From assembly GCA_023512255.1 (NCBI GenBank), contig JAILZY010000010.1:2246-66245 (forward strand): 64,000 nt of DNA, given 5' to 3'. The notes beneath the pieces were generated by a model, which was not told where the DNA came from, did not search any database, and worked only from the letters and a program-made list of their open reading frames with translations. The translations under genes were made by a program, and so were the position numbers. Source of the DNA: a bacterium. Its GTDB lineage: Bacteria > SZUA-182 > DTGQ01. Of the stretch, positions 47,860 to 57,987 are shown in pieces (within the stretch, counting starts at the first letter, position 1; the number at the start of each line of letters is the position of its first letter).

Positions 47860-49523
47860 ACCCTCAAGGCCGATTCTCTCAAAAAGTTAAAATCAAAGAC
47901 AAAGATCAGCCATTTGTTGAGCAGAGGAGAAAAACTCCAGCATCAGCTAGGCTTCGTGCTCTTTTGATTGCGACCCCACTGGTTAGCGGCGCGGCGGTGA
48001 TGATGATCGAACTTCTCGGCACGAGGATCATCAGCCCCTATTTTGGGGTTAGTCTTTATGTCTGGACCTCGCTGATTACGGTAACCTTGGTGGCTCTGGC
48101 TGCTGGTTACTGGTGGGGTGGGCATATAGCTGATAGGAAGAAAAGTGCGGGATTTTTGTATGTTCTGATTTTTCTTGCTGGAATCTTTCTCTTGCTTATC
48201 CCCGAGTTGAAAAAAACCTTCCTGCTGCTCTCCTCCCATCTTGGTTTGAGATTGGGCAGCCTGGTAGGTTCATTTTTGTTGTTTTTCCTTCCCCTCTTTC
48301 TTTTGGGTGCGGTTACACCTTATTTGGTTAGGCTCTATGCTTATGATCTTGGCCATATCGGGAAGGTGGTTGGTCATCTTTACGCTATCTCTACTGCCGG
48401 CAGTTTTGTCGGCACTATTTTAACTGGCTTTTTTTTTATTCCTCATTTTCGGAATGAATCGATTCTGCTCTTTGTCTCTGCTACCCTGATGGCTCTTTCT
48501 CTGGTTTACTGGCTTTTCTTCCAAGAGAAAAAGAGGGCTTCAGACCTGCTACTACTAACCCTTGCCGTAAGTTTTGGGGTAGCTTCGCTGCTTGGCAGGC
48601 TTTATGCCAGCCCGCAGCAGCAAGCTGCTAAGGTGATCAATCAGACCAGGCTGCGGCTGGTGGCTGAGGAGAATTCTGCTTATGGTCAGATCAAGGTGAT
48701 TGAGGCTAACGACCGGATCAGGGTTTTGGTTTTGGATGGTCTTACTCAGAATGCGGTTGATCTTTTATCTGGCCTCTCGGTCCATGAATATACTTATGCT
48801 TTGCAGCTTATTGCCCGCTCTTATAATCCAAAAGGCAGGACAGCCTTGGCCATTGGGCTTGGAGCTGGGACTATACCTTCTGAGCTTCGTCGGGATGGTT
48901 TTATGGTTGACTGTGTGGAGATCAATCCGGTCATGGCTAAGGTAGCTGAAAAGTATTTTGGCTTTAATCCTGCTGGTATCAACCTGTTCATTCAGGATGC
49001 CAGATACTTTGTCAGAAATTGCCAAAAGAAATATGACTTAATTTTCCTTGATGCCTTTAATGGAGACTCTGTTCCTGAACATCTTCTGAGCTTGGAAATG
49101 TTTTCTGATCTCAAGAGGCTCCTTAGGCCGTCCGGGGTTTTGAGTATCAATTTTTTCGGCTCTCTGGCTCCTGGATATTCATTTGGCACATCTTCTCTAT
49201 CAAGGACGCTAAGACAGGTTTTTGCTCAGGTTGTCGCTTTTGGCAATCCGCCACCGAATCAGATCGGGGGGAATATATATTTTCTGGCTACTGATGAGCA
49301 AAAAGATCCTGGTCAACTCATCGAGGTTGACCAAAATCGCTGTTTCCCTCCTCTCTATGAGAGTCTTAGTCGGCTTTGGGAACATAAAATTGATCTTAGT
49401 GCTATGAGCTCTTCGGGTTTAATCTTGACCGATGCCTATAATCCTATCTCCTTTTATGATGCCAGCACTAGGGAGAAGGTTAGGGAAGGAATGCAGTTGT
49501 TGCTTGGGAAAATGCTTCTTTAG
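47856..49523 (+). CDS. Fused MFS/spermidine synthase-like methyltransferase
   Basis: TM region (SG..VM..ELLG.R...P.FG.S..VW; G.LYA.ST.GS..GT) plus SAM motifs IGLGAG, VEINP, DAR.F and YDLIFLDAF. Confidence 0.85.
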   Translation: MNPQGRFSQKVKIKDKDQPFVEQRRKTPASARLRALLIATPLVSGAAVMMIELLGTRIISPYFGVSLYVWTSLITVTLVALAAGYWWGGHIADRKKSAGFLYVLIFLAGIFLLLIPELKKTFLLLSSHLGLRLGSLVGSFLLFFLPLFLLGAVTPYLVRLYAYDLGHIGKVVGHLYAISTAGSFVGTILTGFFFIPHFRNESILLFVSATLMALSLVYWLFFQEKKRASDLLLLTLAVSFGVASLLGRLYASPQQQAAKVINQTRLRLVAEENSAYGQIKVIEANDRIRVLVLDGLTQNAVDLLSGLSVHEYTYALQLIARSYNPKGRTALAIGLGAGTIPSELRRDGFMVDCVEINPVMAKVAEKYFGFNPAGINLFIQDARYFVRNCQKKYDLIFLDAFNGDSVPEHLLSLEMFSDLKRLLRPSGVLSINFFGSLAPGYSFGTSSLSRTLRQVFAQVVAFGNPPPNQIGGNIYFLATDEQKDPGQLIEVDQNRCFPPLYESLSRLWEHKIDLSAMSSSGLILTDAYNPISFYDASTREKVREGMQLLLGKMLL

Positions 49524-49663
49524 GCTAGCCTGAAATTTTTTATTTTTCATAACATTTTTTATTTTTCATAACATTCTATCTTTTCTAATACCTCCTTTAA
49601 TACCACATCTTTAATACCACATCATAACACCTAATAACACCTTTCTTGTAACTTTAATGTAAG

Positions 49664-49764
49664 GTTATTAAAAGTTTTAGGAAAGGGGTTTTGAGGGGAA
49701 AACCCTTTTTCAAAAGGGTTTTCCCCTCAAAAAAGGTTTTTTCCCTTAAGGGTTTTCCCCTCAA
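49664..49764 (+). repeat. Repeat family A unit with a duplicated hairpin arm
   Basis: gttattaaaagttttaggaaaggggttttgaggggaaaaccctttttcaaaagggttttcccctcaa, followed by partial copies. Confidence 0.88.
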
Positions 49765-49836
49765 CTTAATGACATTACTCATGGAATTTTTTTCCGAAAC
49801 GTTTATTTGTAGATTTTTAATGAGGAGGGGTGGTTT

Positions 49837-50952
49837 GTGGAACCCGGGGAGGCTTCTGGCAGCAGCAGATGGGTATTTTTTACTCCGCAGCGGATTGCTA
49901 TTGAGCAAAGATTGCGACTTGAATCTTCGCGGGGAAGGCTTCTCATTGCGAGTTGCCGCTCAGGTTCTGCGCTGGCCTCACAAGTGGTCAGGCGCTACAG
50001 GGAGCTTCTTTCTGTCGAGGGGGGCAGCGAGGGTGAGGTTTTATATCTCGAAGGGGTTGATTTTAAGTTTTCTGATACAGAAACCTGTGTTCGGCTTGAG
50101 GCTGATGTTAGCGGCTATGATGTTTTTCTCTTTCAGGCCTTATATGATCCGAGCACAGGCTCGACGGTTGATGAGAACTATCTGGCCCTACTTATTGCCG
50201 CCAGGGCCTTTCGGGAATGGGGTGCAAACTCACTTACCGCTATGCTTCCCTATTTGGCTTATGCCCGGCAGGACAAGCCGACCAAATTCAAGCGGGAGCC
50301 AGCCACGGCTAAGCTGATGGCAGATTTGGCTGCTGTGGCGGGTATTGATCGGCTAGTTACCTGGCATCCGCACTCTGATCAGATACGGGGATTTTATGGC
50401 TCAAGGCCTGTTGACGGAGTGGAATCACTCTCTTTATTCATTGAAGAATTTCGTGGCTTTCAGGGCAGGGAAGAGGTCATTGCTGTGGCGCCGGATGCCG
50501 GAGCATCGAAGTTTGTTACCTATTTTAGTCGGGCTCTTAATATCAGGAGCGCCATTGCCTCAAAGTATCGGCCAAGGCCGGAAGAGGCTGAGGTTTCAGA
50601 GGTTATCGGGGATTTTTCCGGCAAGCGGACAGCTATTGTGCTCGATGACATGATTGGCACTGCTGGCACAGTGTATGCTCTTATTAGGGAATTGGTTGAA
50701 AAAAAGGGGATCGAAGAGGTCTATTTAGCTGTTTCCCATAACTTGTGTCTTCAACCTGCCTATGAGCGGCTTGTGGACTTAGAGGCCCGCTATCATCTCA
50801 AAAGATTAATTCTTACCGACAGTATTCCACAGACTGAAAAATTTAAAACCCTGCCCTTTGTTACCATCAGATGTCTGGCCGATATTATGGCTCGGGTGAT
50901 CAATCGGATTCACTACAATCGGGAGGTCAGCGAGTTATGTTACCAGATTTAA
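49837..50952 (+). CDS. prs: Ribose-phosphate pyrophosphokinase
   Basis: Motifs FSDTET.V, LPYLAYARQDK, H.DQIRGF, VAPDAGA and VLDDMIGTAGT. Confidence 0.88.
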   Translation: MEPGEASGSSRWVFFTPQRIAIEQRLRLESSRGRLLIASCRSGSALASQVVRRYRELLSVEGGSEGEVLYLEGVDFKFSDTETCVRLEADVSGYDVFLFQALYDPSTGSTVDENYLALLIAARAFREWGANSLTAMLPYLAYARQDKPTKFKREPATAKLMADLAAVAGIDRLVTWHPHSDQIRGFYGSRPVDGVESLSLFIEEFRGFQGREEVIAVAPDAGASKFVTYFSRALNIRSAIASKYRPRPEEAEVSEVIGDFSGKRTAIVLDDMIGTAGTVYALIRELVEKKGIEEVYLAVSHNLCLQPAYERLVDLEARYHLKRLILTDSIPQTEKFKTLPFVTIRCLADIMARVINRIHYNREVSELCYQI

Positions 50953-50978
50953 AAGATGTTAGATGAGGAGGTTCACTC

Positions 50979-52031
50979 ATGATAGAACGCATTGAGGAAC
51001 TTTTGGGTAGTGAAGCAGTATTGCTTTTGAGCTATAGGTGCCGGGGGATTTCCAAAGACCGGCTTCATTTGCCTGGCCCTGATTTTATCGAGCGGGTGTG
51101 TGTGCCTTCTGATCGGCCGATAGGCGTGTTGAGAAACCTTAGATGGATGTTCAATACCGGGCGGTTAGCTGGAACAGGGTATCTGTCCATTCTGCCTGTG
51201 GATCAGGGGGTAGAGCATTCGGCCGGCTCTGCCTTTGCTCCTAATCCAGATTATTTCGATCCGGGTAACATTGTCAAGCTGGCCATTGAGGGAGGATGCA
51301 GCGCTGTGGCCTCAACCTGCGGGGTGCTGGGGGCAGTGGCTCGATCCTATGCTCACAAAATTCCCTTTATTCTTAAGCTTAACCATAATGAACTTCTGTC
51401 ATATCCTAACACTTACGATCAGGTGCAGTTTGCCAGCGTGAAGAAAGCCTTTGACTTGGGGGCAGTAGGTGTCGGAGCCACCATTTATTTTGGCTCGCCA
51501 GAGTCTAGGCGGCAGATAGTTGAGATTGCAAGGCTATTTGAGCAGGCCCATGATCTTGGGATGTTCACTGTGCTGTGGTGTTATCTCCGCAATCCAACCT
51601 TTAAGCAGGACAAAGACTATCATAATGCCGCAGACCTGACTGGGCAGGCAAATCATCTGGGAGTGACTCTTCAGGCAGATATAGTTAAGCAAAAGCAGCC
51701 GGAAAACAATGGTGGATATCTGGCTCTGAAATTCGGAAAGACAGATGATAGGCTCTACTCGGAGCTTGTGCCGGACCATCCCATCGAGTGGACCCGCTAC
51801 CAGGTGGCTGCTTGCTACATGGGACGGGCAGGGTTAATTAACTCGGGTGGCGCATCAGTTGGCCAGGGGGACCTTGCTCAGGCCGTGCGCACGGCGGTCA
51901 TCAACAAACGGGCAGGAGGCATGGGGCTGATTACGGGAAGGAAGGCTTTTCAAAAGCCTCTGAAGGAGGGGATAGCTCTCCTGAATGCGATTCAGGATGT
52001 CTACCTGTCAAAGGAGGTTACGATTGCCTGA
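50979..52031 (+). CDS. fbaB: Class I fructose-bisphosphate aldolase (DhnA type)
   Basis: Motifs [46 protein letters not shown] and [19 protein letters not shown]. Confidence 0.95.
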   Translation: MIERIEELLGSEAVLLLSYRCRGISKDRLHLPGPDFIERVCVPSDRPIGVLRNLRWMFNTGRLAGTGYLSILPVDQGVEHSAGSAFAPNPDYFDPGNIVKLAIEGGCSAVASTCGVLGAVARSYAHKIPFILKLNHNELLSYPNTYDQVQFASVKKAFDLGAVGVGATIYFGSPESRRQIVEIARLFEQAHDLGMFTVLWCYLRNPTFKQDKDYHNAADLTGQANHLGVTLQADIVKQKQPENNGGYLALKFGKTDDRLYSELVPDHPIEWTRYQVAACYMGRAGLINSGGASVGQGDLAQAVRTAVINKRAGGMGLITGRKAFQKPLKEGIALLNAIQDVYLSKEVTIA

Positions 52032-52112
52032 AAACGAGTGAGTCCAGATCGGGGTAGCATTAGCTTTGGGCAGCATTGATGAGTTTAGGTCTTTAAGTCG
52101 AGAGGGCCCGCG

Positions 52113-52607
52113 TTAGGGGATAATCTTTTCTTCTTTCAATGTCTCTTGAATAGCTTTTCGAATAGCTTTCTGGGTCATCAGAGCGCTGTTTTGGTTTGGG
52201 TAGGGCTGGCGGCGCCAGATAAATCCTCTGGTAAACAGGCCGTCCTTATTCCACCGAGGGACGATATGAATATGAAGGTGCATAACCCTTTGGCTGATCC
52301 GGTTATTGATGGCTATGAAAGAGCCGTCGGCTTTAAGGCCAAGTTCCAGGGAGCGGGCTATGAGCTGGGCATTGCGAAAGAGGGGCTGAATGAGATCGGG
52401 CGGCAGGTCGAGAAAGTTTTCATAGTGCTGTCGTGGGACCAGTAGAACATGACCTCTGAGTAGGGGCTGGTGGTCAAGGAAAGCCAGCGAATCTTCATCT
52501 TCAAAGATGGTCAAGCTTTCGCTTTGGCCTTGAATGATCCTGCAAAAAGTACATTCAGGGTTCAGTATTTGGCTCTGAGAGGTAATTTTCTGATTTTGCT
52601 CACTCAT
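52113..52607 (-). CDS. HIT family hydrolase
   Basis: Motifs CTFCRII, AFLD..P...GH.L.VPR.H and HLHIHIVPR. Confidence 0.92.
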   Translation of the reverse strand: MSEQNQKITSQSQILNPECTFCRIIQGQSESLTIFEDEDSLAFLDHQPLLRGHVLLVPRQHYENFLDLPPDLIQPLFRNAQLIARSLELGLKADGSFIAINNRISQRVMHLHIHIVPRWNKDGLFTRGFIWRRQPYPNQNSALMTQKAIRKAIQETLKEEKIIP

Positions 52608-53138
52608 TTATATCCTCATACTTTCTTTTAATGATAACTTAATGACAATCCTTAGGGTCTTGCTTTAGGGGCTTGTCTTATCCTTGTTGTTAGCTTCTAT
52701 CCTCACTTTTCGCTCTTTTAAGCCCTAATTTACTATCCTCATTACTTTTTTCCCCTCCTCCTCCCCCATCTCTCATCTCTACTACCTTGGGAATAAGGGG
52801 GCGGCTGTCCTAATAACTCAATCTGAGTATCAACATCTGTGGTCCCCTGCTTATCTATCTAGCCAGGGGGAATACTTGACGTCGATAGACTATACTGATA
52901 ATAAAGAGCTTGAAATTATTGATAGTATTCCCCCTTATCCTCTTCCATGTTTATCTCCATTTCTGGTATCAACTTCATCTTCGGAAGATACACAAGCATA
53001 GGAAATGGCCCGCTTAGGTGTGTTTGGTGTGTGAGGGGGTATCTTGCCCTTATCCTGCTGTTTGGGCTATGATAGGAATACGCCTGGCCAATGAGCTCTT
53101 CATTGATCCGGCCGGGGTAGGCAGAGTGCTAGTGGCAC

Positions 53139-53684
53139 TCACCGGTCCGACTTAATTTTTTGTTTGCTCAATTCTACGAGCATTTGCATGATGGTATCAA
53201 GTCTTTGGTTTACTTGTCCAATCTGAGTATCGATCTTCTGATTTAGTTGTCCAATCTGGGTATCGATTTTCTGGTTTAATTGTCCAATCTGAGTATCGAT
53301 CTTCTGGTTTAGTTGTCCAATCTGAGTATCGATTTTCTGTTCAAGAGCATCTACTTTTTGATCTACCCTATCAATCTTTTGGTTTACTTGCCCTATGTAA
53401 GTATCAATCTTTTGGTTTACTTGTTCTATCTGAGTTTCAACTTTCTGCTCAAGAGCATCTACTTTTTGATCTATTCTCTGGTTTATCTGATCTACTCTCT
53501 GATTTATCTGGCTGATTTCTTGCCTGACTTGTCCAATTTGAGTATTGAGATATCGAAAGTCGGCCTCTTGCTTGTTTTTGAGCTCTGCTATATCCCTTTT
53601 AATTTCTGCCGTCCGCTCCTCTATGGCCTCATAGATTATTTCCAGCGATATCTTCTTGATTATCCTGTTAGCAAGCTCTTTCAT
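53139..53684 (-). CDS. Coiled-coil protein with 11-residue (KIDTQIGQLNQ) repeats
   Basis: 33-bp tandem units at about 53205-53345 and degenerate copies to about 53550; start taken at ATG 53684. Confidence 0.7.
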   Translation of the reverse strand: MKELANRIIKKISLEIIYEAIEERTAEIKRDIAELKNKQEADFRYLNTQIGQVRQEISQINQRVDQINQRIDQKVDALEQKVETQIEQVNQKIDTYIGQVNQKIDRVDQKVDALEQKIDTQIGQLNQKIDTQIGQLNQKIDTQIGQLNQKIDTQIGQVNQRLDTIMQMLVELSKQKIKSDR

Positions 53685-53685
53685 T

Positions 53686-53934
53686 TCACAACTGCCTTGC
53701 TGAAAAAAGAAATAACGGTCTGAATCCAGGAGTTTGAAGCTGGGCAAAGCCGAAGAATATAGCGATAGCCGCAGCAATTAAGCCTAAAAAGAAGGTAATT
53801 GCACTTCCAAGTATCCGATAATGTCTACCTGCTTTGTTACTCCTAATCTTCCCCTCGGGGATTAATTTCATAAGAGTCTGCCTGGTAATTCTTAGATATT
53901 CTGCAGCCTCTTTTGTGGTTAAAACTTCGTGCAT
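53686..53934 (-). CDS. Excisionase/MerR-like HTH protein, possibly truncated
   Basis: VLTTKEAAEYLRITRQTL.KLI.EGKI....AGRHYRI; the C-terminal half is unrelated and hydrophobic. Confidence 0.6.
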   Translation of the reverse strand: MHEVLTTKEAAEYLRITRQTLMKLIPEGKIRSNKAGRHYRILGSAITFFLGLIAAAIAIFFGFAQLQTPGFRPLFLFSARQL

Positions 53935-54219
53935 TTTTATTTACCTAGTCAACTATATTGTTTTGCTTCAGTTACTAAAAATATACTTTGATTAACAGTC
54001 ATGGTCAAGCAAATAATTCAGTTATTGTTATAGTCAATCAATATAGTCAAGCCAAAAATTCACCAGAAATAGAGTATGAGCCCGAGGTTGAGAGGCAAAG
54101 TCTGAGCAAGTTGCCAGAAGGGGGCCAGCGGTAGCCCCGATATTGATAGCGTAATTGATCCACTGCACTTGTGCTACACATTTAGCGAAAAGACCAATGA
54201 CAGTCTTTAGGGCCTTGCT

Positions 54220-54990
54220 TTATGGGCTTGTCTTATCCTTGCTGGCAGCTTCTATCCTCGCTTTTTGCTCTTTTAAGTCCTCTTCTCCCACAGTCAGGAG
54301 GCACCAGTCGCGGTGGCCAAAACGGCTTTGAACAAAGCGGGAAACGTTATGAACCGGAATACCGCCTGGAGTTAAAGCATAGGGTGAGCCATGATGGGCG
54401 TGAGCATGGACAACCACATCTACCTTGTGGCGGTCAAAGACATCGGCAAAGAGTGATGAGCCGAGAAAAGGGTAGAGCTCGATCTCCTCGCCCAGCAGAG
54501 TCTCTTTGATCGGGGCATAATGCATAGCCGCTACCCTGAATGGGCAATTCAGCTCTGCCAGCGCCTTGTCAATTCGCGAGGCTTCATTGATGCTGGTCTT
54601 GATAAAGTTTTTCAGGGCCTGCTCGCCGAATGGCTGGACATGCAGTTTCCCAAATCCACCGCAAAAGCCCTTAGTGCCGACAATTCCCACCTTATCTATC
54701 AGGCAACTGGTACCGTCTAGTACCAAGATGCCGCTTTCGGTCATCATCTTGATTAGGAGCTCTATCTGGTTACTCTCATGATCATGGTTTCCGATAACCG
54801 CGACTTTTGGCAGAGAAAAGAAGCTCAGCTCATCTAGCAGGACCTCCATTTCTTCGACTAACCCCAGGTTGGTGATATCCCCCGCTAGAAGCAGAATATC
54901 GGCTTCACGGTCTACTCCTTTCAGAAGCTGTCTAATCATTCCGGCAGAGTCGCTTTTGCAGTGGAGATCGCCGATAGCGGCGATTCTCAT
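54220..54990 (-). CDS. Calcineurin-like metallophosphoesterase
   Basis: Motifs GDLH, AGDIT, GNHDHE, HYAP and HAHAHHG. Confidence 0.9.
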   Translation of the reverse strand: MRIAAIGDLHCKSDSAGMIRQLLKGVDREADILLLAGDITNLGLVEEMEVLLDELSFFSLPKVAVIGNHDHESNQIELLIKMMTESGILVLDGTSCLIDKVGIVGTKGFCGGFGKLHVQPFGEQALKNFIKTSINEASRIDKALAELNCPFRVAAMHYAPIKETLLGEEIELYPFLGSSLFADVFDRHKVDVVVHAHAHHGSPYALTPGGIPVHNVSRFVQSRFGHRDWCLLTVGEEDLKEQKARIEAASKDKTSP

Positions 54991-55781
54991 ATCCGCTCCC
55001 CCTTATCGTTGACTAGGGGAAGCAGGTTGTAGCCATTTTCATATCCCCACAGCCGGCAGTCTACAGCAAAGGCGAACGGATCGAGCAGCATACCACGGAA
55101 AGCCTTTGTTTTCACAGGTCTCGACCACCCCTCCCGCATCTGTTCGAAAAGGGTAACTATAAGCTCCTTGGGTAGATAATCTGAGTGAGAAGGATAGACA
55201 AAATCAAAGAGAATGAAATAGATCAAAATGATTTCCTGGTTGTCCTTAAGATGCATGAGCACCCGCGGCCAATCGATTTTCCCCTGAACTCCCCGAATAA
55301 GGTGGACGATGTCTGCACCGTCAAAGCGGTCTCTTTTGAGCATGTAAACCTTTGAGGCGATCAATTCCTCAACTGCGGCCAGGTAAGTCTTGACCCCGAG
55401 GAGCTCAACCGGCTGGCAGCGCTCAAACCAGGTCTGGTCAATCGGGAACTGGCTGCTTGATGTTCCAAAGATCAGGTCCATGAGATATGGCTTCTGGTGT
55501 ACCTTGGCTAGCCAATGAACATCCCTGACCTCGGTTTCAAATCCCATCCTGCTCAGGGCATCAAGGGCCTTTTTGAGATCGCTCGGCTGGAGAAAGATAT
55601 CAACATCTTTTGTGTCCCGCCAGATGCCGGTATAAGCGTATACGGCAAAGGCTCCGCCTACCACGTATTTGACGCCTGCTTCATTCAGGATGGTCAGCCA
55701 GCGGGAGAAAACCTCAGCCTCCTTGGGCTCGATCTTGATATTGTCCATTGTTATTTGGTTTATCGGCGATTCTCTATCCAT
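54987..55781 (-). CDS. Pol-beta-superfamily nucleotidyltransferase
   Basis: Motifs VVGGAFAV..YTG..RDTKDVDIF, DLIF and EELIASK...RDRFDGAD; overlaps the phosphoesterase start by 4 nt. Confidence 0.85.
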   Translation of the reverse strand: MDRESPINQITMDNIKIEPKEAEVFSRWLTILNEAGVKYVVGGAFAVYAYTGIWRDTKDVDIFLQPSDLKKALDALSRMGFETEVRDVHWLAKVHQKPYLMDLIFGTSSSQFPIDQTWFERCQPVELLGVKTYLAAVEELIASKVYMLKRDRFDGADIVHLIRGVQGKIDWPRVLMHLKDNQEIILIYFILFDFVYPSHSDYLPKELIVTLFEQMREGWSRPVKTKAFRGMLLDPFAFAVDCRLWGYENGYNLLPLVNDKGERI

Positions 55782-55869
55782 GTTTGATTTGTAAGGGTTG
55801 TCCTTCAGAAGCCTCTTCTAGCATCCAGATGTTTCCCACATAATCTATAACTTTTTGCTAAAAAACAGC

Positions 55870-56391
55870 TTATGGTTTTTGAATAACCACACAATCCTCA
55901 CCCTCGATAGGAGTACCATCAAATAGACTCCCAGTAATGGTTAGCACAGCTACATCATCGTTGTCAACCTGGCCAATGGTAGAGACTACGTCCGATATAT
56001 TGAACTCAAGTACTAAATCGATCATCCCGTCTTTCCCCTCAATGGTGCAGTCACAGATATCCTGGCGGTCAAAAACCGTCGTGCTCACATCCTCTCGCCG
56101 GTATTGGACCGCACGGACTCCTTCAAGCTCGATAGTTTGGGGATTGATCCTGGCTATATTCAGGTCCAGGGTACCAAGGATGGCTACGGGTAAAGTGCCC
56201 TGGCTTTCCACATTGAGTGGATTAGGACATAATCCTGGTTCGATATCAATTTCGACCTCTTTGATCTCTTGAGTAGCCATGATTTTCTGAGCCAAGCATC
56301 TTTGAGGGATAAACGTGGTCAAAAAGAAGGTAATCAGCAAAAAAACTAACCATAAGCTAAACATGGCTAGTATTTTGACCCCAGAGTTCAT
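55870..56391 (-). CDS. Secreted hypothetical protein (IDIxPG.CPNPLN...G.LPVAILG domain)
   Basis: Signal peptide; the domain ends DG..DL.L.F...L.ITG.L.DGTPIEG.DC. Confidence 0.7.
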   Translation of the reverse strand: MNSGVKILAMFSLWLVFLLITFFLTTFIPQRCLAQKIMATQEIKEVEIDIEPGLCPNPLNVESQGTLPVAILGTLDLNIARINPQTIELEGVRAVQYRREDVSTTVFDRQDICDCTIEGKDGMIDLVLEFNISDVVSTIGQVDNDDVAVLTITGSLFDGTPIEGEDCVVIQKP

Positions 56392-56965
56392 CTTTTTATC
56401 TCCTTATAATGTATAAAATAATATTTGACAGTACATAAAATAATACTTGCATCACTAAAGTCTTTTTTATATTATTTTTTATATATTATACGTTAAAGCG
56501 TTTTTATCAGTTATGGTCACCAAGTCATAGAAATTGTCTAACTATCTCTTTTCGGTTAAAGGGCAAAGATGTCATTTCAGACAGCACAATCCGTTTGCAT
56601 CTATAGCTTTATATTATTATCTCATATTCTCTACTATTATTGTACCTCTGATTTATCTAGAGATCGTATATATTTCGGCTGTTTCACTCTTTATCCACTT
56701 GCGTTTTTCATGAAAATTGCGTAATTCCCTGGGCATTTTTTATGACATGAGCCCTACGGCCTTTAACATGTGGAGAATAAAGAACGGAATGTGAAATAAA
56801 TTGCTTACCAGGTTGTAAAAAATTGCATAATTTTTCTAAGAAGAGCTACTTGAGTGGGAGGGGGCATTTGAAAAATTTTCTGAGCGAGAGGGTTATGTTT
56901 TTGATTTTATTATATAAATTTGATATGTTTGTTTTTATAAAAAAAGATAAATTAAAAAGTTTCTA

Positions 56966-56982
56966 TGGTATAAAGATTGCAT
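56966..56982 (+). promoter_or_regulatory. Sigma-54 promoter
   Basis: TGGTATAAAGATTGCAT in an AT-rich intergenic region. Confidence 0.6.
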
Positions 56983-57072
56983 TTTCTACAGAAGTTAGTT
57001 CTACTAGAAGTTAGTATTGATCATGAAACCCCCTTATTGCTAGCTATTGTTGCGATGGAACTAATCAGAGTT

Positions 57073-57594
57073 ATGAAAATAATATTGATCAGCCCCTTTT
57101 ACCTGAAGAGAACGAGAATCTCTTGCCTGGTGGTGGGATTGTCGGTAGTGGGCTTTGTTTTTATGTTGAGTGGGCTTGATGCGCCTGAATATATTCGATG
57201 CAAACATATCGGGGTTTGTGAATTCCTGGAAATCTGCGGGGATGTAACTATTTCCCAGAAATCGAAAAATATGGTCAAGGCCATAGGCAGATTTACTTAT
57301 CAGACGCTATCCTCAAAAATCTCGCTTGCCCGCCCTCCCTTTCTTTTTCCCCTGCCGATAAAAAGCCTTTATCCGAGAGATGTTACTAAGATTGGCAATT
57401 ATATCTTAGCAAGTTTCGATCAGATTTTAGACCGATGTATACATCCTTCCTATAATAAGGTCTTATTCCATCCTCCCCTTGGAGAAGGGAGCAATCTTGC
57501 ATTCAATAATAAAGAATCATTATCTCCTTCGCCAGGAAGCGGCTTTTGCTCGCAAGCCTTCCTGATTATTACTACCTCTGTTATTAGATGTTGA
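57073..57594 (+). CDS. Hypothetical protein with an N-terminal hydrophobic segment
   Basis: ORF 91 bp downstream of the sigma-54 site; no recognisable motif and a weak RBS. Confidence 0.35.
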   Translation: MKIILISPFYLKRTRISCLVVGLSVVGFVFMLSGLDAPEYIRCKHIGVCEFLEICGDVTISQKSKNMVKAIGRFTYQTLSSKISLARPPFLFPLPIKSLYPRDVTKIGNYILASFDQILDRCIHPSYNKVLFHPPLGEGSNLAFNNKESLSPSPGSGFCSQAFLIITTSVIRC

Positions 57595-57987
57595 TTTTTC
57601 ATCCCCTCCTATAAAAACTAGTCTTCAGTCTGCTGAAGACTAAGTAGCCTTTGGACAAAAATAAGCTGTCTATACGACATAACCAGACATTCCCATTCCG
57701 GCTGTGGGAAGGCTTCTTAATTTATACTTTATGGCCGCGGCGGGAAGCCTTTCTTTCTGCGGCAGGAAGATAGGGAAATATCTGAAGAAACTCCCTTAGT
57801 TGGCTTGTTTTTAGTAATAAGTTGACTTTTGGCGAGGAGGGAAATTTCATAAGTAAGCTATCAATAGCTATTAATAATCTTTAGCTATTAAGTCTTTGTC
57901 AAATTTAAGGCAAAGATTTAAGGCAAAGATTAATTTTGAGGTTAAGGAAAGTAAAAAGTGATGTTTATGTTAAGGAGATAAGGAAAG

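Noticed and set aside
49654..50317. Track ORFs 49654-49908(-) and 49691-50317(+)
   Set aside because: They are translations of repeat A and off-frame overlaps of prs.
53205..53345. 33-bp repeats as a CRISPR array
   Set aside because: They are contiguous with no spacers and encode an 11-residue coiled-coil repeat.
56555..56600. GGGCAAA start suggesting a c-di-GMP-I riboswitch (also GGCAAA near 57910)
   Set aside because: The GNRA-capped P2 stem and following GCAAA/P3 elements are absent, and the first site is antisense to the nearest gene.
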